NCBI GenBank assembly: GCA_028286685.1
Contig: JAQBRA010000005.1
Coordinates: forward strand, 80,726-144,725
Length of the DNA stretch: 64,000 nt
Direction: 5' to 3'
Source: Candidatus Adlerbacteria bacterium
Lineage (GTDB): Bacteria; Patescibacteriota; Minisyncoccia; Phycocordibacterales; SBAW01
A program made the translations under genes and the position numbers. Positions 29,978 to 37,208 of this stretch are shown here, piece after piece. The notes beneath the pieces were generated by a model, which did no database searches, was not told the origin of the DNA, and saw nothing but the letters and a program-made list of their open reading frames with translations. Position 1 is the stretch's first letter. The number at the start of each line of letters is the position of its first letter.

Positions 29978-30787
29978 ATGAAACTCGTGTCCTGGAACGT
30001 TAACGGCATCCGCGCCGTGCATAACAAGGACCTGTTCGTGCCTTTTATAAGGGAAATCAAGCCCGACGTGCTCGCGCTCCAGGAAACCAAGGCCGAACAG
30101 GGCCAGGCGGTCATCGACTTGCCCGATTATGAGGAGTATTGGAACTCCTCTACCCGCAAAAAGGGCTATTCTGGCACCGCTTTCTTTATAAAAAAGGGCC
30201 TCAAGGTCCATAAAGTGCTCCTCGGCTTCCCCGAGGCCCTCGTTGCCAAGTACAAGCTGGGCGAGGACGGCTATGGCGACCCCAATACCGAAGGAAGGGT
30301 CATAGCAGTCGAATTGGACGATTTTTACGTGGTTAACTCCTATACGCCCAACAGCAAGCCCGACCTTTCGCGCCTTGGTCTGCGCCATAATCAGTGGGAC
30401 CCGGCCTTTTTGGCTTACATGAAGGCTTTAGAGAAGAAAAAGCCCGTTTTGTTCTGCGGCGACCTCAATGTCGCCCACCAGGAGCAAGACTTGGCCAACC
30501 CCAAGGCCAACGTCGGCGAGCACGGTTTTACCGACGAAGAGCGCGAAGGCATCGACCTAATCCTTAAGGCCGGCTTTATCGACAGCTTCCGTTTTTTCAC
30601 CCCCGAGGGCAACGGGCATTACAGCTGGTGGAGCCATTTTGCCAACTCCCGCGCGCGCAATGTGGGCTGGCGCATCGACTATTGGTTCGCTTCAAAGGCC
30701 CTTAAAACCCGCCTAAAATCTGCCGCAATTCTCCCCGAAGTCCTAGGAAGTGATCACTGTCCAGTTGTTCTAGAAATTAGAGACTAA
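29978..30787 (+). CDS. xth: Exodeoxyribonuclease III / AP endonuclease
   Basis: SWNVNGIRA, LQETK, GDLNVAH, GWRIDY, GSDHCPV. Confidence 0.96.
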   Translation: MKLVSWNVNGIRAVHNKDLFVPFIREIKPDVLALQETKAEQGQAVIDLPDYEEYWNSSTRKKGYSGTAFFIKKGLKVHKVLLGFPEALVAKYKLGEDGYGDPNTEGRVIAVELDDFYVVNSYTPNSKPDLSRLGLRHNQWDPAFLAYMKALEKKKPVLFCGDLNVAHQEQDLANPKANVGEHGFTDEEREGIDLILKAGFIDSFRFFTPEGNGHYSWWSHFANSRARNVGWRIDYWFASKALKTRLKSAAILPEVLGSDHCPVVLEIRD

Positions 30788-30912
30788 CTACCTAATTTAT
30801 ACTGGAAAGGCGGTGCTCAGATTCCGGCCTTGTCGTTTTAGAGCTAAATTAGGGCAGATAACCCTCTTAGTAGGCGTTACAAATGAATGCCACAGGCGTA
30901 TACTGAGCGTCA

Positions 30913-31713
30913 ATGTCCGAGGATTATTATCTGTATTTTGATGATTCGGGGATCCGGTTCCCCGAAAAACAACAAGCCCAGCGTAAGGACGGGATGGATT
31001 ACTTTGCTCTCGGAGGCCTCCTGTTTAAAGGGTCTGATCGCGGTGTCATAATCGAAGCACACAAAAAACTTTGTGAAAAATGGAACATATCCTACCCTTT
31101 ACACTCCTCGGATATACGAGGGAAGCGGGGAGATTTTGCTTGGCTCAATGAAAAACCCAAGCATGATGGCTTTTTCGATGATTTTAATGCACTACTATGC
31201 GGCGTCCCTGCCCTCGGTTTTGCGGCAGTTGTAGATCGAGTTGGCTACAATAAGCGCTATGAGGAAAAATATGGCGAAAAACGCTGGTGGATGTGTAAAA
31301 CAGCCTTTTCAATACTGGTCGAGCGAGCTGCTAAATATGCAGATGAGAATGGAGGTCGTTTGAAAATCCGTTTTGAAGAGTGTGGAAAACGCGAAGATCG
31401 CGCTATTTTGGAGTACTTTAAGGACCTTAAAACGTCTGGTATGCCTTTTGATACTGAAAATTCTGCTAAGTACGCGTTTCTAAAGCCTGAGGACTTTCAG
31501 CGCATATTGGCTGGAGAACCGGAGCGGAGCACTAAAAAGTCGCCTCTTCTACAGGTTGCAGACCTATACCTCTACCCAATGGCAAAAGGGGGTTACGACA
31601 AGGAATTTCCTCCCTTCAAAATGCTTATGGAAAATAAGAAACTTATTGATTCTATTCTGCCAGAGGCAAAAATCGCCAGTTGTGGCATCAAATATAGCTG
31701 TTTTGAACGCTAA
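30913..31713 (+). CDS. DUF3800-family protein (predicted RNase H-like fold)
   Basis: N-terminal LYFDDSG, LHSSDIR and C-terminal LLQVAD (DE...QxxD family signature); lower GC than flanking genes by eye. Confidence 0.85.
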   Translation: MSEDYYLYFDDSGIRFPEKQQAQRKDGMDYFALGGLLFKGSDRGVIIEAHKKLCEKWNISYPLHSSDIRGKRGDFAWLNEKPKHDGFFDDFNALLCGVPALGFAAVVDRVGYNKRYEEKYGEKRWWMCKTAFSILVERAAKYADENGGRLKIRFEECGKREDRAILEYFKDLKTSGMPFDTENSAKYAFLKPEDFQRILAGEPERSTKKSPLLQVADLYLYPMAKGGYDKEFPPFKMLMENKKLIDSILPEAKIASCGIKYSCFER

Positions 31714-31719
31714 GGTAGC

Positions 31720-31787
31720 AAAAAACCCAGATTGCTCTGGGTATTTGCCGGCCCGCATACGCGGACCCCGGGGCTTGCGCCCATGGC
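31720..31787 (-). ncRNA. About 70-nt structured small RNA convergent with the DUF3800 gene
   Basis: Minus strand GCC-AU-GGGC(GCAA)GCCC-CGGGGU-CCGC(GUAU)GCGG-GCC-GGC followed by terminator ACCCAGA(GCAA)UCUGGGU-UUUUU; has its own promoter. Confidence 0.7.
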
Positions 31788-31790
31788 AAT

Positions 31791-31819
31791 ATTGTACCCT
31801 AGAATAATGAATTTCTCAA
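31791..31819 (-). promoter_or_regulatory. Sigma70-type promoter of the DUF3800-associated RNA
   Basis: TTGAGA-17 bp-TACAAT on the minus strand. Confidence 0.7.
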
Positions 31820-32179
31820 GAATATTGGGTTGAAAGCTTTAAATTGAAGGTAGTAGGATACACAAAACTGGGGAAAAGTTTCCTTGACGGTAAATCTATA
31901 AAATAAGAAATCAGCATTTATTCGATAGGTTTTTTAAGTATTTACTGACAAATATCGTGTACTAGGACTCAATTCTCTAAAAGAACATTCTAGTGCAATA
32001 CTTTAGAGCTTTTTGAGATTACAAACGTATGTTTAGAGCTATGAAATTATCTTTTTAATAAGATCTGCAATGGCTGTACAGAATTTATTTCTGTCAAAAA
32101 GTTATAACTTTACCTGTGTTTAAAAAGTATTTTTGTAACTACTTTCTGACAAAAGGTAAAATGGGTGTACAGTAAGGCC

Positions 32180-32677
32180 ATGGCTATAGACTATAAAGCT
32201 TCAAGCGAGGCAAGCCGCCAAGCTCTGGTCCAGGCAGGCCTAACGCCTAGTCAGTCAGCTGTGTATGAAGCGCTCATACACTACGGACCACAGAAGGCAA
32301 CCCGGCTCGCCTTTTTGGCCGGGGTGCCCCGGACCCTCAGCTACAAGATGCTCGAGGAGCTCCAAGAGCTGGGCCTGGTAGTTAAAAAGGATGAGGCTGG
32401 CCGGGTGTCTCTGTTTACCCCTGCCCACCCCTTTAAGCTCAAAGAGCTGGCCGAACGCCGCCTGGAGGACGCCCGTTCGGCCAAACAGCTGGTAGAGGAG
32501 GTTTTGCCCGCCTTGGTGCGCAATTTTGACAGTATGCTCGGTTCTCTGCCCGAGGCAGAGCTCTATGCCCAGGTGGCAATGTATGCCGGCCGGGCCGGTT
32601 TGGGTGACTTAAGCGCTCAAGAGCGCCTGCTTATGCAAAAAGCCCTTACGGATCTGCTGGAAACCTTACAAAAATAA
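32180..32677 (+). CDS. TrmB-family HTH transcriptional regulator (short)
   Basis: GLTPSQSAVYEAL...LAFLAGVPRTLSYKMLEELQELGLV; TACAGT 6 nt upstream of ATG. Confidence 0.85.
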   Translation: MAIDYKASSEASRQALVQAGLTPSQSAVYEALIHYGPQKATRLAFLAGVPRTLSYKMLEELQELGLVVKKDEAGRVSLFTPAHPFKLKELAERRLEDARSAKQLVEEVLPALVRNFDSMLGSLPEAELYAQVAMYAGRAGLGDLSAQERLLMQKALTDLLETLQK

Positions 32678-32758
32678 GGCGACGCCGGGAGCGTCGCCTT
32701 GAGTCCTTTCCCCTACACCGGGCCCAAACCTTGGGAGCCGCAGGGGGTCTAGGGACTT
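32670..32758 (-). ncRNA. Candidate about 90-nt hairpin RNA
   Basis: TATACT (32765-32770) 6 nt upstream; AGUCC/GGACU, CCCCUGC/GUAGGGG and CCCAA/UUGGG nested stems, then a terminator shared with the TrmB gene. Confidence 0.4.
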
Positions 32759-32783
32759 ATAGGTAGTATATAGAGCCATTTAG

Positions 32784-33138
32784 AAACAACAAAGCCGCCA
32801 AATCGTGGGTTTGGAGATGTTATGTTCCACGTAGGCGGCTTATTTTCGCGCTTCTTTCATGGCAGCTCTTGGGAACTTAATTGTTTTTCCTCGGTCAATT
32901 AAGCGAAATCGACAGTTGTCGAATCCACATTTTTGAAGGTTGATAGATTTCCAACCTGATTTCTAGAAGAGATGTCGTGAAATTGCGCCCTCCATCTGCA
33001 GATGGGGGTTGTTTAACGCCTGCACACAGGGCAGGGTGCGGCGAAAAACGCAATGCTGTGGAAAGAACTCTTGACCTAATTAATTTCCCCGCGACCGGAA
33101 GGGTCTTGAGGCAATGAATTAATTACTCGCTCTCTGCC
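32784..33138 (-). ncRNA. Candidate about 350-nt multibranched non-coding RNA
   Basis: TTTACT-17-TACTAT promoter (33143-33171), GGCAG/CUGCC closing helix, at least 6 internal helices, AAGCCGCC/GGCGGCUU terminator; no ORF in the track. Confidence 0.55.
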
Positions 33139-33208
33139 GTTGATAGTACGCATGTAAAGGACATGAGTAAAGGACACGCTTGGGGATAACTGTCCTTAAA
33201 GGACAAGC

Positions 33209-34684
33209 TTAGTCTACAAAATGCTTCTTGTGGATGTCTTTTATCTCTGCGGCCTCAACTTCTTCTTTCTTCTCTTTTCCCTCTGCGCCCAATGCTTTTA
33301 GGTCTTCTTCAGAAAGCTGCATGAGCTCCCTTGCCCTGTTCTCCAAGTATTCAGCTGTGTTCCTTTTCGGATCATCCAATACTTCCTCCAGTAGCGCATG
33401 AAGCGTCCAGCCAAACTTAGGGCCTGGGGTCTCACGTGTAACCTCCATAAGCCGCTTGCCGTCGATCTTAAGCATCGAAACTGATATGGGGTCCCGGCGC
33501 GCCTCGTCTATCATGGCCTGGTACTTGCGCAGCCTAAAGGGCTGTTCCTTGGGCCTCCCCGTCCCTATCCGGTCGCAGATGCGCAGCTGTATAAGCTCAT
33601 CGACATGCTCGGGGCCGACATTGCGGATGATCCGGCGGACGGCTGAGAGGGTGATCTTCTCCGGATCGCTGAAAAACATGTGCCAGCGCACCAAATTGGC
33701 GGTTTCCTCTATGGTTTCACGTGAAAATTTGAGGTTTTCCAGGATCTTGCGGGTCATTCGGGCCCCTATGACGTCGTGGCCGTGGAAGGTCCAATCCTTC
33801 TTCCCTTCGTCCCAGCGGCGGCTCTTGGGCTTGCCTATATCGTGAAACAGAGCCGCCAGGCGTACTGAAAAAGGCCAGCCTTTGTCGGCGGCGTGCTGCA
33901 AGGAGCGCATATTGTGCTCAAACACGTCATAGCTATGGGCTTGGTTCTGGTCGCAGCCTATCCCCTCCTCTAGCTCCGGCACTATATGGGTCAAGAGGCC
34001 CAGCTTTTGGCACAGCACCAGAGCATCCATAGGCTTTTGGGAGTTAATGATCCTTATGAACTCGGCCTGGATGCGTTCTTTGGAAATTTTCCCCAGCTGA
34101 CCGGCAGTTTCCCCTATAGCAGCTAAGGTGTGGCCCTCTATAGCAAAGCCAAGTTCAGCCGCTATGCGTATAGCGCGCATCAGGCGCAGGGCATCCTCCT
34201 CGAAACGGGCCTTGGGCTCCCCTACGGCGCGCAGTATTTTGGCTTTTATGTCTTTTATGCCGTCATAAAGGTCAATCAGCTTATCTTGGCTGAGACTATA
34301 GGCCAGTGCGTTGATAGTAAAATCGCGGCGCTTGAGGTCATCGGCAATGTCCTGGCTAAAAATGACGCTGTCAGGCCTTCTAGAATCGCTGTAGCGGCCT
34401 TCAAGGCGGTACGGCGTAACCTCTATCACTTTGAGCCTCTCGTCGCTTACAGCGGCGTTTACGACGCCTACGGTGCCAAACTCATTGGTGTAGTACGTTT
34501 CTTCAAAGAGACTTTGTATAGCCTCAGGCGTAGCGTTGGTGGTTACGTCCCAATCTTTAGGCTCGCGGCCAAGCAAAAGGTCGCGCACGCATCCGCCCAC
34601 AATGTAGGCCTCGTGCCCTGCCCCCTCAAGACCCTCCACTACCTGGCGCACCTCTGTGGGTATCAGGCTGGGCTTTAGTTCCAT
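33209..34684 (-). CDS. cca: CCA tRNA nucleotidyltransferase with HD domain
   Basis: GGCVRDLLLG...DWD, DLKRRDFTINA, RFEEDALRLMRA, LFHDIGKP. Confidence 0.92.
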   Translation of the reverse strand: MELKPSLIPTEVRQVVEGLEGAGHEAYIVGGCVRDLLLGREPKDWDVTTNATPEAIQSLFEETYYTNEFGTVGVVNAAVSDERLKVIEVTPYRLEGRYSDSRRPDSVIFSQDIADDLKRRDFTINALAYSLSQDKLIDLYDGIKDIKAKILRAVGEPKARFEEDALRLMRAIRIAAELGFAIEGHTLAAIGETAGQLGKISKERIQAEFIRIINSQKPMDALVLCQKLGLLTHIVPELEEGIGCDQNQAHSYDVFEHNMRSLQHAADKGWPFSVRLAALFHDIGKPKSRRWDEGKKDWTFHGHDVIGARMTRKILENLKFSRETIEETANLVRWHMFFSDPEKITLSAVRRIIRNVGPEHVDELIQLRICDRIGTGRPKEQPFRLRKYQAMIDEARRDPISVSMLKIDGKRLMEVTRETPGPKFGWTLHALLEEVLDDPKRNTAEYLENRARELMQLSEEDLKALGAEGKEKKEEVEAAEIKDIHKKHFVD

Positions 34685-34697
34685 AGGAATTCTTTAG

Positions 34698-34768
34698 TGC
34701 GGTCAGGGGTAATCGAAACCCCGTCTCGTCCTTGGCAAGGACGCGTTCTACCACTAAACCATGACCGC
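34698..34768 (-). tRNA. tRNA-Gly(GCC)
   Basis: GCGGTCA acceptor, anticodon arm GTCCT-TGCCA-AGGAC, TTCGATT T-loop; CCA not encoded. Confidence 0.93.
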
Positions 34769-34838
34769 AAATGCTAACTGGTACGAAGATGACTATAGCA
34801 TATTTTTACTGGTAGACTAGGCCGTAGCTGTTCACTAT

Positions 34839-34911
34839 GCGCCCGTAGCTCAAAGGATAGAGTACTTGGCTTCGAACCAAGGGGTTGGGGGTTCGAGTCC
34901 CTCCGGGCGCA
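34839..34911 (+). tRNA. tRNA-Arg(TCG)
   Basis: GCGCCCG acceptor, CTTGG-CTTCGAA-CCAAG anticodon arm, GGTTCGAGTCC. Confidence 0.94.
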
Positions 34912-35105
34912 CACCTAAAACACAAATCACCTGCCCTGCGGCAGGTTTTGTGCTTAGGTGTGAGACGGAGCGTTGTTTTGCACTTGCAAAACCGCGAGTC
35001 GGGGATGAAAAGCAAACAGTTTTGCTTTTCATCCGGTGCCGAAGGCAAGCGCCGATGCCGCTTGGCGGCAGGCGCTAGGTGGACGCGGCCTGTGACCACC
35101 GGACA
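34912..35105. repeat. Hairpin-rich element directly downstream of tRNA-Arg
   Basis: Consecutive hairpins: CACCTAA...TTAGGTG, TTTTGCA/TGCAAAA, GGATGAAAAGCAAA/TTTGCTTTTCATCC, GCC-GAA-GGC, GCGCC...GGCGC. Confidence 0.5.
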
Positions 35106-35301
35106 AATCACCAGATAACGACTTCTAACAGACAGCCAGGGTGTGGACTAGACAAACCCATATATGCCAAGGAATTTGGCAATAACTGTGGATAACATTG
35201 GGGACATGTGCATTAAAAGGACGTCTTTATGGCTTTTAGGGGCTAATTTGGCATAAATGAAGTCTTAATGTTACATATGAAACGTTAGTTACACGGTTCA
35301 C

Positions 35302-35697
35302 GTGAAAACTCCAAAGCGACAATTAGGGGATACGGGCGAGGGGGTAGCTTGCCGCTACCTGGAACAAAGGGGGTATAGGGTGCTTTGCCGCAACTACCTT
35401 AAGCCCTGGGGAGAGATAGACATTGTGGCCGAGAAGGCAGAAAAGCTGCATTTCATTGAGGTAAAGTCTGTTTCACGTGAAGCAGGGCAGGGGATTGGTT
35501 CACGTGTAACGGGGTATAGGCCTGAGGAAAATGTACATCCTGCCAAGCTTAAGCGGCTCCATAGGGCTATTCAAACCTATTTGCTGGATTATAAAGTCCC
35601 TGAAGATAAGGAGTGGCAGATAGATGTAGCTTGCGTATACCTGGACTTTTTGACCCGAAAGGCTAAGGTAGAGGTGCTAGAAAACGTTATTCTTTAA
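35302..35697 (+). CDS. yraN: YraN-family (UPF0102) predicted nuclease
   Basis: LGDTGEGVACRYL, RNY...GEIDIVAE...FIEVK. Confidence 0.9.
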   Translation: MKTPKRQLGDTGEGVACRYLEQRGYRVLCRNYLKPWGEIDIVAEKAEKLHFIEVKSVSREAGQGIGSRVTGYRPEENVHPAKLKRLHRAIQTYLLDYKVPEDKEWQIDVACVYLDFLTRKAKVEVLENVIL

Positions 35698-35783
35698 AGT
35701 TTTTTAAAGGACACATAAAAGACATCCTATTCTGTGCTACAGTGGCTAGTGTTTCAGGGTGTGCCGAAAGAGGGGAAGTTAAT

Positions 35784-35857
35784 CGGGGTATCGTATACCG
35801 GTAGTACGCTTGCTTTGGGAGCAAGATGACTCAGTTCGATTCTGAGTACCCCGACCA
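35784..35857 (+). tRNA. tRNA-Pro(TGG)
   Basis: CGGGGTA/TACCCCG acceptor, CTTGC-TTTGGGA-GCAAG anticodon arm, encoded CCA. Confidence 0.92.
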
Positions 35858-35859
35858 AT

Positions 35860-36726
35860 ATGGAGAAGATAACGCTTATCACTAAGGCTCAGACCGGCTA
35901 CGAGCTTCTGGACTCAGGGAATGAGGAAAAGCTCGAGCGCTTCGGCGAGCAGGTATTGGCGCGTCCGGACCCGCAGGCCCTATGGCCCAAGCGCCTTTCA
36001 GGGGGAGAATGGGCTGCTGCAACCGGCCGCTATGTGCGCGAGGGTGGGGAAGGGAAGTGGACTGGCGACATCCCCAAAGAGTGGCAGATAGAGCTAGGCG
36101 GTCTCAAGCTTTTGATGAAGCCTACATCTTTTAAGCATACCGGCGTCTTTCCGGAGCATGTAACCGGCTGGGAGTTTGTAGAGGATGCCATTAAGAAACA
36201 GGGCGGGGGAGTCAAAGTTTTAAATCTTTTTGGCTACACCGGTGGATACACGCTAGCGGCTGCAAAAGCAGGTGCCGAGGTTACGCATGTGGACGCCAGC
36301 AAGGCGGCAGTGTCCTGGGCACGCGAAAACGCAGCGCTTAACGGGCTAGGGGAGGCACCTATCCGCTGGATAGTCGAGGATGTGCTGGTATACCTCAAGC
36401 GTGAGATAAAGCGCGGGGTTAAGTACGATGCCATTGTCATGGATCCGCCGGCCTTTGGCCACGGCCCCAATGACGAGCTGTGGAAGTTCGAGGAGCATTT
36501 TTTGGAACTGATGCGGCTTTGCCAGGAGCTTTTGAGCGATAAGCCGCTCTTCGTGCTTATAAACGGCTATGCCGCCGGCTACTCGTCCTTGGCGTTTGCC
36601 TACAATTTGCAGGATATAAAAGAAAAGTTCGGCGGCTCCATAGAATACGGCGACCTCACCATTGAAGAAAAGGGGACTGAGCGCCTGCTTCCTGCCGGTA
36701 TTTTTGGGCGTTGGGTTAAAAACTAG
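35860..36726 (+). CDS. Class I SAM-dependent methyltransferase (RlmI/RlmK-like C-domain)
   Basis: YELLDSG, FKHTGVFPE, VLNLFGYTGG, HVDAS, MDPPAFG. Confidence 0.88.
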   Translation: MEKITLITKAQTGYELLDSGNEEKLERFGEQVLARPDPQALWPKRLSGGEWAAATGRYVREGGEGKWTGDIPKEWQIELGGLKLLMKPTSFKHTGVFPEHVTGWEFVEDAIKKQGGGVKVLNLFGYTGGYTLAAAKAGAEVTHVDASKAAVSWARENAALNGLGEAPIRWIVEDVLVYLKREIKRGVKYDAIVMDPPAFGHGPNDELWKFEEHFLELMRLCQELLSDKPLFVLINGYAAGYSSLAFAYNLQDIKEKFGGSIEYGDLTIEEKGTERLLPAGIFGRWVKN

Positions 36727-36822
36727 CTGCCAGATGGGTGCTTGATTTTTTAGCGCAAGAGAGGCAAGCTCATGAGCAGACCGTTCTGCGTACCCACAGA
36801 ACAAGAGAGAAGCGGGGAAGTA

Positions 36823-37056
36823 ATGTCGAAGAATGGAAAAGGCGCCGTTAAACAAACGCTTACGCACTGCCAGCTTTGCGGCTGGGAGGTAGACAAGCCG
36901 TGCGACTCTTTGAGTCGCCTCAAGAAATGCAAGCTCCAGCAAAGAAACAAGGCTCAAGGGGGAGTTGCAGCTGACTTCGTCAGAGCGGTAACGCGAGGAG
37001 GTGAGGCGGTAACGTACGTATCGGTGTCGGAAGGGGAACTCCGGGCACTCACTTAA
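36823..37056 (+). CDS. Small Cys-containing hypothetical protein
   Basis: GGGGAAG leader, CxxC...C...C, terminator AAAGGACGGC/GCCGTCCTTT after the stop. Confidence 0.5.
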   Translation: MSKNGKGAVKQTLTHCQLCGWEVDKPCDSLSRLKKCKLQQRNKAQGGVAADFVRAVTRGGEAVTYVSVSEGELRALT

Positions 37057-37110
37057 GTATCGAATTTTCGTCAAAGGACGGCCGCCAAGGCCGTCCTTTT
37101 TGTTTCTCGG

Positions 37111-37181
37111 TGCGGGATGGGAGAATCGAACTCCCAACTACAGTTTGGAAAACTGTCGTTTTACCACTAAACTAATCCCGC
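37111..37181 (-). tRNA. tRNA-Gly(TCC)
   Basis: GCGGGAT acceptor, ACAGT-TTTCCAA-ACTGT anticodon arm, GTTCGATTC. Confidence 0.94.
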
Positions 37182-37208
37182 GAAGCTCCACTATTGTATA
37201 CTACGGCC

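Larger units (their letters stand above)
33428..35511. other. Cluster of six parS-like palindromes
   Basis: 33428 GGTCTCACGTGTAACC; 33713 GGTTTCACGTGAAAAT; 35269 TGTTACATATGAAACG; 35294 CGGTTCACGTGAAAAC; 35469 TGTTTCACGTGAAGCA; 35496 TGGTTCACGTGTAACG (consensus TGTTTCACGTGAAACA). Confidence 0.75.

Noticed and set aside
32784-33138. RNase P RNA, tmRNA, SRP or T-box identity for the structured region
   Set aside because: GAGGAAA is not followed by GUCC. There is no tRNA-like end, SRP GGAA/AGCAG loop or T-box UGGUACC. Kept as an unidentified ncRNA.
34839-37181. tRNA-targeted integrated element
   Set aside because: I found no duplicated tRNA 3' end and no integrase nearby; the intervening genes look like ordinary chromosomal genes.
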